In this document: piece by piece, positions 19,073 through 28,656 of the stretch
Position numbering within the stretch: position 1 is the stretch's first letter
Layout: each line of letters begins with the position of its first letter
Assembly (NCBI GenBank): GCA_024653355.1
Contig: JANLFQ010000001.1
Coordinates: forward strand, 640,576-704,575
Direction of reading: 5' to 3'
DNA: 64,000 bases
Source of the DNA: a candidate division WOR-3 bacterium
Lineage (GTDB): Bacteria > Hydrothermota > Tepidihabitantia > Tepidihabitantales > Tepidihabitantaceae
The notes under the pieces: generated by a model
Database searches by the model: none
The model's input: the letters and a program-made list of their open reading frames with translations, nothing else
Told to the model about the DNA's origin: nothing
Program-made: the position numbers and the translations under genes

Positions 19073-19851
19073 CGCAAAAATAATAAAACCGCAACTCCAA
19101 CGAGCCAGCAGTAAAATCCAAATAAAAAGAACCAGCGGCTGAGTACAAACCGCCGTAAAAATAGAATCATAAAAAAACCAACCACCCCCGCCGTAACGAT
19201 ACCCAGGATTACCGGTCCCAAGGCAATGACGGAAAAGTCAAAGCGCAGCAGTTCAAAAATCGCCGCACCCACCGTAATCGGTACCGCCAGCAGGAAAGAA
19301 AATTCAAATGCCTGATACCGACTGATTCCCAGCAATAGTGCCAGACCGATTGTTGTCCCGGAACGGGAAATTGCCGGTAGTATCGCTGTCGATTGAATCA
19401 GCCCGATCAACAGTGCTTCTTTCCAGTTAACAGACTTGGTGCCATTCGGGGCATACCGCGTGGCAAAAAGTAAAAAACCATTGAGTAAGAAGAACATGCC
19501 GATTAATTTTGCGCTGGTAAAAATGTGCTCAACCAATTCACCCATCAACACCCCGACAACTACCGCCGGCAAAGAGCCGACGAGCACCATAAAAATCAGC
19601 TTCCGGTTGCAATTACGCTCCTGTTGCTCGCTGGAAAACGCTCCCCGCACGACCTCTTTTAGCCTACCGGCAAAGAACGCAATAAGCGCAACTGCGGTAC
19701 CAAGATGAAGGGCGGCGGTTAGATTAACCCTCACCTTTTCGGGGATGTTCCACAGATATTGCAAAACCGCTAAATGGCCATCGCTCGAAATCGGCAGGAT
19801 TTCGGTAACTCCTTGCACTAAACCCAGAACAAAGCTTTCTAACCAGCCCAT
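19069..19851 (-). CDS. uppP: Undecaprenyl-diphosphate phosphatase
   Basis: LGLVQGVTEILPISSDGH, LHLGT, PAISRSG, FSFLL. Confidence 0.93.
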   Translation of the reverse strand: MGWLESFVLGLVQGVTEILPISSDGHLAVLQYLWNIPEKVRVNLTAALHLGTAVALIAFFAGRLKEVVRGAFSSEQQERNCNRKLIFMVLVGSLPAVVVGVLMGELVEHIFTSAKLIGMFFLLNGFLLFATRYAPNGTKSVNWKEALLIGLIQSTAILPAISRSGTTIGLALLLGISRYQAFEFSFLLAVPITVGAAIFELLRFDFSVIALGPVILGIVTAGVVGFFMILFLRRFVLSRWFFLFGFYCWLVGVAVLLFLR

Positions 19852-21528
19852 TTAAAAACCCGCTTCAAAACTAAAATGGACCTTACCCTGCCAGACACTT
19901 TTCGCCCAACCCAGACCATAATCGATTCCCACAACCCCAACTTTTGTCCGCCACCTGCCGCCCAATCCATACCCTGCTAAAAACTGACAATTACCCGCCG
20001 AATTCTGGAAAGTCCCGGCATCAAAGAAAAGCTGTGCTCGGGTCATTGTTGAAAAATTATACCTTAACTCACAATTCCACCAGCCCGCTTTAGGTGTAAC
20101 AAAGAGCCCATCCCGATAGCCGCGAACATTTAAAATTCCCCCCATTCGATAAAGCTCCGGTACAACCATTTCATAATTGGCAAACGCCAGACGGCAGGCA
20201 AAACGGTTAACCAACACGAAATTTCCCGTTAAAGGGATAAACGGCTCCAAATCTATCTCAACCTTTGTTATCACTTCATTTTTCTCTTTGTTAATGCGCT
20301 GCCCGGCACGGGTAAAAACCCGTGCCCAAAGACCACGGCGCGCATTGACGATTCTGTCCCGACTGTCAAAAGTCAAACCGCTTCCCAGCCAGCGCGTTGT
20401 GTTACTCTCTTGCCCTGCTGTTCGGTCCAGCCCGGCACCAACACTGAAACCGGTGTTACCCGCGGTGAATGTGCCTGTTATCGACAAAGTAGTAAAGGAG
20501 TAACTGGTGTCAAAAACATTATGCTCAACCGCTCCTTTTAATTCAACCGGTAGACGAAAAACCCAGGGTTCGGAATAAGTTAGACTGTAATAACTGAACC
20601 AGGGCACCGAACGCCATTCACCCTCCATCCTCCGGCCCGAGTTCAAAATATTCAAAAGCCGCAACCTTCCCCAACCGGTCCAGCGCCGTTCTTCAGGGAG
20701 ATAACCCGCTACACCCAAAATCTCCCCCTTCCGATAAGTAGAAATCCAGTAACGCACGCCATAAGCGCCGTCGCGTCTCATTACAATATCCTGACTGTCA
20801 ACAACCACCCAGCCGCTTCTTTCCACTCCTCTACGCCAGTTGTTAACAACCGCCGTGGAATACGGCACATTCTTTTTAAATCCGGCGTAGCGCATTAGTA
20901 ACATTTCTGAATTTTGCGACTTACCACTAAAAGTTATAAAGTTTACCACCACTTTGGGTCCGGTATCAATCCGAATGACCGGAAACAAAAAGCCGGCGGT
21001 TTCCGCAACGCCCACAACTCCAACCCAGATCCAGGGATAACCTGCCTCGCGATAAAAGTTTGCTATTTTTTCTTCAAATTTATTTATCAGTTTTGCGTTT
21101 AAAACCGCTCCTTTAACAGGAGTTCGGGCAACCGCCCGTGGCGAAACTTCTGATATTCCTTCAAAAGACCAGCCGCCAAACCGGGCGCGTGCTATGCTGT
21201 CAATTAGATATGTTATCTTTACACCCTTTTCATTGACATCCGTTTCAACCGTTACTTGACGCACCCAGAAACCAAGGTCAAACAATCGCTGTCTTAATTC
21301 TTCCTTTCCGGCTTCAATCGCCTGAAAGTCGACAGTGTCACCGACTTTAATACCGGGCAACACCCCACGCGGCAAACCTTTACCATCAACCGAAAGCGAA
21401 ACAACCCGATACCTCACATTGCTAATAGAATCTACCGCCGGTAATTCCAGCGGGAAAAGCAGTAATAGCGTCTGACTAACTGAGAAAAAGGTACTGACGC
21501 CAATCCTCCGGTATGTCTCCCAGCGCAT
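19852..21528 (-). CDS. Omp85 BamA/TamA-family outer membrane protein (second, divergent copy)
   Basis: POTRA-like FYREAGYPW; barrel VRGY motif, FFDAG, GYGLGGR, C-terminal Phe; start uncertain. Confidence 0.78.
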   Translation of the reverse strand: MRWETYRRIGVSTFFSVSQTLLLLFPLELPAVDSISNVRYRVVSLSVDGKGLPRGVLPGIKVGDTVDFQAIEAGKEELRQRLFDLGFWVRQVTVETDVNEKGVKITYLIDSIARARFGGWSFEGISEVSPRAVARTPVKGAVLNAKLINKFEEKIANFYREAGYPWIWVGVVGVAETAGFLFPVIRIDTGPKVVVNFITFSGKSQNSEMLLMRYAGFKKNVPYSTAVVNNWRRGVERSGWVVVDSQDIVMRRDGAYGVRYWISTYRKGEILGVAGYLPEERRWTGWGRLRLLNILNSGRRMEGEWRSVPWFSYYSLTYSEPWVFRLPVELKGAVEHNVFDTSYSFTTLSITGTFTAGNTGFSVGAGLDRTAGQESNTTRWLGSGLTFDSRDRIVNARRGLWARVFTRAGQRINKEKNEVITKVEIDLEPFIPLTGNFVLVNRFACRLAFANYEMVVPELYRMGGILNVRGYRDGLFVTPKAGWWNCELRYNFSTMTRAQLFFDAGTFQNSAGNCQFLAGYGLGGRWRTKVGVVGIDYGLGWAKSVWQGKVHFSFEAGF

Positions 21529-21979
21529 TCAAGGCAAAGGTCACATAATGGGGTGCCTTGGGTTTCCGGCGTAGTTTCATATTTGCCTGCGCTGGGGTGC
21601 GATTCCCCTTTCGGGCATTACATTGCGGGCAGGCGCAAACCATATTTTCCCACGAATCGTTCCCCCCCATTGATTTCGGAATAACGTGGTCGGCGGTCAT
21701 CACCGGTCCCCGTGCGCCACAGTACTGACAGGTGTTATTGTCGCGGCGCAGGATGTTTCTTTTGGTTAAAGGGACTTCCCGGCGCTTAACCCGCACATAA
21801 TAGTTCAACCGCAGCACACTCGGCAGGGGAAAACTCATCTTAACCGTGTGCAACTCGACTCCAGCATTCTCTACCGGCTCTGCTTTGCGGGTCAGGACCA
21901 AAACCAAAGCCCGTCTTGTGCGACAGACGGAAATCGGCTCGTAGTTTTGGTTTAAAAGTAAAACCGGACGATTTAGCAT
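21476..21979 (-). CDS. HNH endonuclease (McrA-like)
   Basis: LLLNQNYEP, RDNNTCQYCG, DHVIP, WENMVCACPQCNARK. Confidence 0.9.
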   Translation of the reverse strand: MLNRPVLLLNQNYEPISVCRTRRALVLVLTRKAEPVENAGVELHTVKMSFPLPSVLRLNYYVRVKRREVPLTKRNILRRDNNTCQYCGARGPVMTADHVIPKSMGGNDSWENMVCACPQCNARKGNRTPAQANMKLRRKPKAPHYVTFALNALGDIPEDWRQYLFLS

Positions 21980-21993
21980 CTCATCTCTAAAAA

Positions 21994-23175
21994 CTACCGG
22001 ACAAACAACTCCTTGTCAATAGCGTTGATACTTTTGTCGATATACTCAATCTGTGCCCGGGCGTAGCCGGCTAAAGTAGAATCGCTAAGCGCCTTCTGAT
22101 AATAACCCCGCGCCTCTTCATACAACGCCTTAGCCGCACGCAGATTGGCGGTTGAAGTTTGGGCAAGATTAGTACCCCGTTTGCCATCGGCTTGTTTGCG
22201 CCGATTGTCACCCAGGTCAACATACGCCTGGAGTAAGTTCGGGTCCAAAGCCAGCGCCCGGCGCAGATTCGCATCCGAAGCCCCATAATTACCCTGCTCG
22301 CTCAACGCCTCTCCCTTGTAGAGATAGGCAATCGCAAGGGTTGAATCACTGGCAATCACCTCATCAAACTTCTTTATCGCATCCTTCATCTTGCCCTGGC
22401 GTGCCAGAATTAAACCCTGCCGCAACTTCGCCTGATAATTTGTCGGTTCCAGCGTCAAAATCGTGTCAATCTGTGCCAGCGCTCCTTTATAATCCTTCAA
22501 CTCAACCATCGCATCAACCAGTTTCGCGCGTAAACTTGTTACCTGGGGAAACCGTGCCGCCAGCGGTTTCAAAGCTTCCACCGCCTCGCGATACCGCCCA
22601 ACCTTATAGAGAAACTCGCCCCAGAGCCGTTGTACCGCCAGGTCATCCGGAAAACGCTTCAATGCTATTTGATAAATCGAATCAGCCTGGGACATCATTC
22701 CTTTACGCACATAAATATCGGCGACGCCGTTGTACAAATCAGCAAGACTTGAATCCTGTCTCAACCCCTCCTGATATACACCGAGCGCTTCATCGACTCG
22801 CCCCATCTCAAGGTACATATCACCCAGTGCCTCATAAGCCTTTGCCTTCCTGGGGTCTATTCTCATCGCCTTCCGATAGTACTCCTCGGCCTGACTTGCA
22901 TCCCGTTTTTTCCGCCAGATATTACCAATTGCGATATACGGGTCGTAATAAAGCGAATCGTATGCCAGTGCCTGCGCAAAATTCTTGAGTGCCGATTCAA
23001 AATCTCCCTGCTGGTAATAGCCGGCACCGATGCTATAACTCTGTTGCGCCGAGTCGCGCCTTGCCTGCAACTGCTCCTCGGAAAATTTGGTAACTGTCTG
23101 CGTCGGGGCACATCCAGTGCTGAGTGCTCCTCCAATGAACAGCGCAACCATTACAAAAAACCAGAAATTTTTCAT
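21994..23175 (-). CDS. TPR-repeat lipoprotein
   Basis: Lipobox STGC; multiple TPR repeats; SD AAGGAG. Confidence 0.88.
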   Translation of the reverse strand: MKNFWFFVMVALFIGGALSTGCAPTQTVTKFSEEQLQARRDSAQQSYSIGAGYYQQGDFESALKNFAQALAYDSLYYDPYIAIGNIWRKKRDASQAEEYYRKAMRIDPRKAKAYEALGDMYLEMGRVDEALGVYQEGLRQDSSLADLYNGVADIYVRKGMMSQADSIYQIALKRFPDDLAVQRLWGEFLYKVGRYREAVEALKPLAARFPQVTSLRAKLVDAMVELKDYKGALAQIDTILTLEPTNYQAKLRQGLILARQGKMKDAIKKFDEVIASDSTLAIAYLYKGEALSEQGNYGASDANLRRALALDPNLLQAYVDLGDNRRKQADGKRGTNLAQTSTANLRAAKALYEEARGYYQKALSDSTLAGYARAQIEYIDKSINAIDKELFVR

Positions 23176-23224
23176 CTCAGCTCCTTTTCGTAAACTTCAA
23201 GCAACACCTTACTCCTTCAAACTA

Positions 23225-23297
23225 TGGAGCCGACGGGATTCGAACCCGTGACCTTTTGACTGCCAGTCAAACGCGCTCCCAACTGCGCCACGGCCCC
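23225..23297 (-). tRNA. tRNA-Ala(GGC), CCA not encoded
   Basis: GGGGCCG...CGGCTCC-A with G3:U70; TTTGA-CTGGCAG-TCAAA anticodon arm; GGTTCGAATCC. Confidence 0.96.
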
Positions 23298-23882
23298 AGA
23301 ATGGTAACCCGTCAATAACAAGCACGGCTTAACCAAACTTTATTAAGTTTTACCCAATTTCCATCCAAAGTCAAGGTATGCTTGATGTTATGACCCCTGC
23401 GTAACTGTCGCGGTTCGGTTTCTATTTTGCCATTTGCAATTTTTCCCCTCTATTTGTATACGAAAAATCAACAAAAAGTGACAAAAAACCACCCACCCAG
23501 TAGTCCGGGAGCAGTTCTGGAGATAGCCCCTGACGCGCCCTTTATAAACCAAGGTAAGATACCGTAGAAGCCTGATGGCGCGGTGGTTGGAATCGCGCCC
23601 TTCGGTTATACCTTAATAACAATTCATCAGGTTATATTCAGAACCCTATTCGCCATCATCTTTTAAATAATAAACCGGTTAACCTTGTGTGCTGTTGCTA
23701 TTACCATTTACCCCTGTGCCATCAGGTGTGCCTTAGAGGCTATTTTCCAGTCTGTGGTCCAGTGCGTTGTGTCAGCCCTGAAATAGACCCCGCTCTTTGC
23801 CCATTTAATTGTACCACAGCGAAAACCTTTTAAACTGCGTTGCTTTGCCCTGGCGGGCAATAAAAAGGTAGGACAAATTGAC

Positions 23883-23910
23883 TTGACTGACAAACATCAA
23901 TTAATATCAT
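23883..23910 (+). promoter_or_regulatory. Sigma70 promoter, leaderless transcript
   Basis: TTGACT-N16-TATCAT-7 nt-ATG. Confidence 0.7.
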
Positions 23911-23917
23911 TTAGCAG

Positions 23918-24496
23918 ATGAGAGAACTGAGTTCCATTCCGATTTATTTTCCCCGTGCCGGTAGCAAAAACACCGCTCAAACCATCGCCCTTGCCCTGAA
24001 CCGCGCCCTTGAACTCAACATCAAACACCTCATCGTCGCCTCCACCACCGGAAAAACCGCCCTCAACTTAATCCGCCAGGCAAAAAAGGGATTTAACATC
24101 GTCTGCGTTACCCATCATTCCGGTTTTGCCCAGCCGGGCAAATCAGAACTTTCTCTAGCAACCGAAGCCCGGCTGAAAGCATCCGGCGTCGCCGTTTTAC
24201 GAACGACCCATCTCTTTGCTGGAATTGACCGCGCCCTGCGCCTCAAATTCGGCGGTGCGGGTCCTGCTGAGGTAGTCGCCAGCGCATACCGTACCCTGGG
24301 CGAAGGCGTTAAAGTGGCGATTGAAATCTCGGTAATGGCACTTGACGCCGGCCTTGTTCCCTATGGCAAAGACCTCATCAGTATCGCCGGCACCGGTTCG
24401 GGCGCCGACACTGCAATCGTTATCCAGCCTGCTCATTCCAGCCGCTTTTTTGAAACGAAGGTAAGAGAAATCATCTGCAAACCAAGGAATTTTTAG
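23918..24496 (+). CDS. Pyruvate-kinase C-terminal-like alpha/beta protein (MTH1675/COG1751-like)
   Basis: YF-x-x-x-G-x-x-NT, VASTTGKTA, VTHHSGF, GVKVAIEI-x-x-MA-x-DAG, GTGSGADTA, EIICKP. Confidence 0.8.
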   Translation: MRELSSIPIYFPRAGSKNTAQTIALALNRALELNIKHLIVASTTGKTALNLIRQAKKGFNIVCVTHHSGFAQPGKSELSLATEARLKASGVAVLRTTHLFAGIDRALRLKFGGAGPAEVVASAYRTLGEGVKVAIEISVMALDAGLVPYGKDLISIAGTGSGADTAIVIQPAHSSRFFETKVREIICKPRNF

Positions 24497-24509
24497 GAGG
24501 AGACTAATA

Positions 24510-24947
24510 ATGAGTGACTGCCCTTTTTGTTCAATCGTCGCCGGTAAAGCACCCTGCCGTAAAGTATATGAAGACGAGCACACCTTGGGGTTTTTGGACC
24601 TTTACCCCATTTCCCGCGGTCACTGTCTTGTCATCACCAAAAAGCATATCCGCCTGTTTACCGACATCCAGCCCCAGGACAACATCGCCGGACCTTTTCT
24701 CCGTGCCTGCTACCTCGTTGCCCGCAAGATAAAAAACGCCTTAGATTGCGAATATGTCACGATGCTCATTCGGGGCACCAGGGTACCTCATCTCCATATG
24801 TTACTCGTCCCGACAATCCGAAACGAAGAAAACATCCTTGACAAAACGCTCAATCTGCACCACTTCTGTCAGGTGCGCCTTAAACCACAGTTTTCTGAAG
24901 CCGAGTTGGATGCCATCGCCGAAAAGATAAGAGCCGCTGCCCCCTAA
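24510..24947 (+). CDS. HIT-family protein with variant motif
   Basis: CPFCSI, FLDLYPISRGHCLV, VPHLHMLLVP. Confidence 0.88.
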   Translation: MSDCPFCSIVAGKAPCRKVYEDEHTLGFLDLYPISRGHCLVITKKHIRLFTDIQPQDNIAGPFLRACYLVARKIKNALDCEYVTMLIRGTRVPHLHMLLVPTIRNEENILDKTLNLHHFCQVRLKPQFSEAELDAIAEKIRAAAP

Positions 24948-24960
24948 AAGACCCCAGAAA

Positions 24961-24988
24961 GATACGGGGCGAAAGCCCGCCCCGTATC
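24961..24988. terminator. Terminator hairpin between convergent genes
   Basis: GATACGGGGCG-aaagcc-CGCCCCGTATC perfect 11-bp stem. Confidence 0.75.
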
Positions 24989-25012
24989 ATTAATACCGAT
25001 TACCGGTCTGCG

Positions 25013-28000
25013 CTATTTCACAACCAGTTTCCGGGTCACGGTGTATTCGCCATCCAGTTTCAGAAGATAGACACCGCTCGGCAACATCCGCAGGTTCACC
25101 GTCGCCCGGGCGCTTCCCAGCGGCTGACTCAACACCATTCTGCCCGTCGCATCAAAAATCTGAACTCGCATCCCTGGTGTTGTACCCGAGATGAACAGCA
25201 CACCCTGACTTCCTGTTGGATTAGGCGCAATGGTCAGCGAACCGGGCTCGTTTTGCACCGTACCCATTACGCCGCTTTTATCCGGAACATCGGCGAAGAG
25301 AGTATCGGCGGAAACATAACACCACAACTCCGGTGTCTTATTCCCTTTCAGGGCAAAGAAAATCCCATCCTCATAAAGCACGATGTCGCCCCCACCTTTC
25401 ACCCGCTTCTTCCTTCCCGTCGAGCCAACCGAAGGCATCGTATCCAGTTCCACCCAGGAGTCGCCCAGTGCATCGTAACGCCAGAACTCGCAGGTGTTGC
25501 CGCCTTTGAGCGCATAGATTGCATCATTGTACCAGGCACCAGAACTGCCATCCTTACACTTCTTTGTCTTGCCCAACTTTCCGATAAATGGCATTCCGGA
25601 TAAAGACTGACTGAACCAGGTATCGGCAAGGACATCGTACTTCCACAACTCGTGCACCTTGGATTTATGGGCATAAATGTAAAACTGATTTTGTCCCGGT
25701 CGCGCGTTATAAACAATCCAGGAGCCCCGGTCCCATCTTCTGCCGGTCGCGGTTAACGGTGCGGGTGCACGTGGCTCCCATACACCGGAAACGGTGTTAA
25801 ACCGGTAGAACTCATCGGTATAACCCTTCAGAAGATAGACATAACCGGTGTCGGTATGGGGTCGCTTGATATACACCATATCGGTGCCGGCTTTCACCCG
25901 TTTCCCGCTGGAACCAGGTGGCACATTCTCCAGTGGCACCCAGGTATCAAGCTCTACATTGTAAGCCCAGAACCCTAAGGTGTTGTTACCCTTGGTCGCA
26001 TAAACATAGTCACCACCCGCAACACCCACTGAGCCCCGACGCGGGGGTCTGCCATCCGCACCTAAAGGCATCGACTTTAACTGATGCCAGGTGTCGGCTA
26101 ATGGGTCGTAGAGATAAAAGTCGCCCACCTTGTTCCCTTTCAGGACAAAAAGGCAACGCGTCCCGCTCACACGCATCTGAGTCAGCCATCCTCCATCACT
26201 TACCCCTCTATTGGAAGGTGCCAGTGGCACCTGACTCACCTCGTGCCAGCCATAGGGCCAATGGGGAATGCGCCGGACCACGAAATCGGCACTGAGCACA
26301 TCGTTGTCCGGAAATGTGTCGTTGCTACAGAAGGTTGAACACCGCACCGACCATGTTCCAGGCACACCGCCCATCGTATACGCCGGGAAGTTAACAATCG
26401 TGTCCCTTCGACCGGCAAGACCAATGATGGGAACCGATTCGTTGTATACCACCGTTCCGCTGGCATCAATCAGTTTTAAAAAGGCACTGAAATCTGCCGG
26501 ATTATCTCCCCGGTTCCACCAGCGCGCCCGGGGTGTCACTACCGCGCCACTATCAATTGTGCCACTGGGCGCTTGAATCTGAAACATCTCGATATCGGTG
26601 TTGTAAACTGTAAAAGTTCCTTCCCGCACATCGTTCGTTGAGTTTTTATCCAAAACCGCTGTGGTTGAGCATCGCACCGTCCATTGCCCCGCCCCATTCA
26701 CCACAAAATCAGAAAAAACAAGGGTGGTCTCAGCACCGGGTGCTAAATTAGCAACATCCAGCGACTCCGAATAAACCCTGTTGCCTGCCGGATTGATAAG
26801 GAAGCAAAACAACCGAAAGTCAACATTGTTAAATGCGCCGAAATTGCGGCAAACCACCCGGGGCGTAACAGCGGTTCCGGGTATTATCAATCCCGAAGGT
26901 GACAAAATTGAAGACACCCCGGCATCAACCAGTTCACCTCTAATGTAATAAACATCGTTGTCACCATCGGAATTGTCATACCAGACGATGTGCAGGTCGT
27001 CGAACTCGCCCGCCCATAAAGCCGGGTAATAAAGACCGGTCTGTGCCCGATTGGTCAACTGCATCACCTCTCCCCAGCTGCCCGCCTGTTTCTGCCGGTA
27101 GAGGATTTCGAAACGGGTAGGCGAAATCTCGGTATAACCCCGCCAGACAACATTCACTATCCCATCAACCTCGGCAACAACCGGGTCGTATTGATTGCCA
27201 TTGTTATAGGTACTGACCGTTTCCGTGGTCCCCCAACCGGACCCGGTTTTTGCTCGATAAAAAATCCGGTCGTTGGAAGAACTCGGAACATCTCCATTCC
27301 AGACCACATGAACCGTAGAACCGTCTTCACTCACCGCAACCGCACACGCAAACATATCAGCATTTGCGTTAACATCTGACACCTGCTCAATATCCCGCCA
27401 CACGCCGCTACCGCTGCGCCCACGATAAAAGACCTGGTAGTAACCAGCCACCCTTTTCCGCCAGACAACATAAACACTGTCCGCCTGGTCAACCGCTACT
27501 GATGCCTGGATGTTTGAATCGCTCGGAAAGTTATCAACAATCGAAACAGAACTCCACCCTGTACCCGGGGTGTACTCCATATGTTTGATTCTGAAAAAGG
27601 TCGGGTTCGACGCATCCCTTCCATACCAGACAATATGGACATTATTTCCTCCAGGCCGACAGGCAATTGACGGGTAGTAGTTGAGATAATTGCCTCCGGG
27701 ATTGTAAAGATAAACCGAATCTCCCCAGGTGCCGGTGGCGACATTCCATCTTTTATACCATATCCCGTAGTTCGGCGATGTTGATTGATACCAAGTAATG
27801 TGAACATTCCCTGAATCGTCACAGGCAACAGCCGGACGATAAGCCGCAACCGATTGATTGGTCACCTGGGTAATTGGACCCCAGGTACCAGTCGCTCTTG
27901 ACCACTTCCGATAAAAAACCTGATTGGTGCCGGTTCGGTTGTCATACCACACAACATGAACATTACCACCCGTATCGGTTGCCACAGTATGCTGATAACC

Positions 28001-28138
28001 ATAACCCATATATTGAGTTGTTGCGTCATCGGAAATATTAACCGGGCCCGACCAGCCATCAGTGCCCGCAACAGGAATTCCATTGCTGCTGAAAACCATT
28101 GTGATTAAACTCAGCAGCGTGATAACTATACCGCTCAT
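25013..28138 (-). CDS. Large secreted protein: N-terminal propeller, two CARDB-like domains, Kelch-like propeller, T9SS-like CTD
   Basis: Repeated VHVVW blades; D-x-x-x-x-ND CARDB ends; LKG...W repeats; PNP...IFDATGR...LPSGVYLL...KLVVK; start ATG 28138 with SD AAGGAGG. Confidence 0.82.
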   Translation of the reverse strand: MSGIVITLLSLITMVFSSNGIPVAGTDGWSGPVNISDDATTQYMGYGYQHTVATDTGGNVHVVWYDNRTGTNQVFYRKWSRATGTWGPITQVTNQSVAAYRPAVACDDSGNVHITWYQSTSPNYGIWYKRWNVATGTWGDSVYLYNPGGNYLNYYPSIACRPGGNNVHIVWYGRDASNPTFFRIKHMEYTPGTGWSSVSIVDNFPSDSNIQASVAVDQADSVYVVWRKRVAGYYQVFYRGRSGSGVWRDIEQVSDVNANADMFACAVAVSEDGSTVHVVWNGDVPSSSNDRIFYRAKTGSGWGTTETVSTYNNGNQYDPVVAEVDGIVNVVWRGYTEISPTRFEILYRQKQAGSWGEVMQLTNRAQTGLYYPALWAGEFDDLHIVWYDNSDGDNDVYYIRGELVDAGVSSILSPSGLIIPGTAVTPRVVCRNFGAFNNVDFRLFCFLINPAGNRVYSESLDVANLAPGAETTLVFSDFVVNGAGQWTVRCSTTAVLDKNSTNDVREGTFTVYNTDIEMFQIQAPSGTIDSGAVVTPRARWWNRGDNPADFSAFLKLIDASGTVVYNESVPIIGLAGRRDTIVNFPAYTMGGVPGTWSVRCSTFCSNDTFPDNDVLSADFVVRRIPHWPYGWHEVSQVPLAPSNRGVSDGGWLTQMRVSGTRCLFVLKGNKVGDFYLYDPLADTWHQLKSMPLGADGRPPRRGSVGVAGGDYVYATKGNNTLGFWAYNVELDTWVPLENVPPGSSGKRVKAGTDMVYIKRPHTDTGYVYLLKGYTDEFYRFNTVSGVWEPRAPAPLTATGRRWDRGSWIVYNARPGQNQFYIYAHKSKVHELWKYDVLADTWFSQSLSGMPFIGKLGKTKKCKDGSSGAWYNDAIYALKGGNTCEFWRYDALGDSWVELDTMPSVGSTGRKKRVKGGGDIVLYEDGIFFALKGNKTPELWCYVSADTLFADVPDKSGVMGTVQNEPGSLTIAPNPTGSQGVLFISGTTPGMRVQIFDATGRMVLSQPLGSARATVNLRMLPSGVYLLKLDGEYTVTRKLVVK

Positions 28139-28228
28139 TTTAACCTCCTTACTTTTGGCTGTTTGCAACCCTTAATTTACGGCAATTAAACTGTTAACCG
28201 GAAGAAACAGGATGTAACCCGCCGGTTA

Positions 28229-28257
28229 AATATACGCCAGTTTCTTTTGAATGTCAA
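28229..28257 (-). promoter_or_regulatory. Sigma70 promoter of the large secreted protein
   Basis: TTGACA-N17-TATATT; inverted repeat TTAACCGG/CCGGTTAA (28194-28229) overlaps the start region. Confidence 0.6.
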
Positions 28258-28444
28258 CTAAATTTTGTATTAAGAATCGTCAAAAAGTCTGTTATTCCCC
28301 AAAAAAGTTATGCCCGCACACAGCGACAACTCCAGTTTCCATTACCATCCCTGAAACTACTCCGGGGTTGGGTAGGGAAAACAAGGCTCAAACTTATTAA
28401 CCTGTTGAAAACAAACGCATTATGTAAAACCGCCCTACCGCTGA

Positions 28445-28466
28445 AAGTATACTTAAAAGTATACTT
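28445..28466. repeat. Tandem palindrome AAGTATACTT x2 (period 12)
   Basis: Direct reading of sequence. Confidence 0.7.
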
Positions 28467-28656
28467 AACTCTAAATTATCCGCTACCGGCACAGTAAGTT
28501 ATGGCTCATTACCCTCTGACTATGAGATTCAGGTTTGCGCTCAATGTTGCCAGTTCGAAACCAGAAACAGTGCCGAACCTTTTTATCCCCCAACACCCTG
28601 TTACCCCAAAACATCTTTTCCTTGACAATCTGTCCTATATGATAGAAAATCTACTG

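Noticed and set aside
28403..28430. dif-like half site TTATGTAAAAC
   Set aside because: XerC arm does not match
28501..28656. 52-aa N-terminal extension of MiaB in the ORF track
   Set aside because: Spans the predicted promoter; MiaB homology begins at KFYLQVYGCQMN
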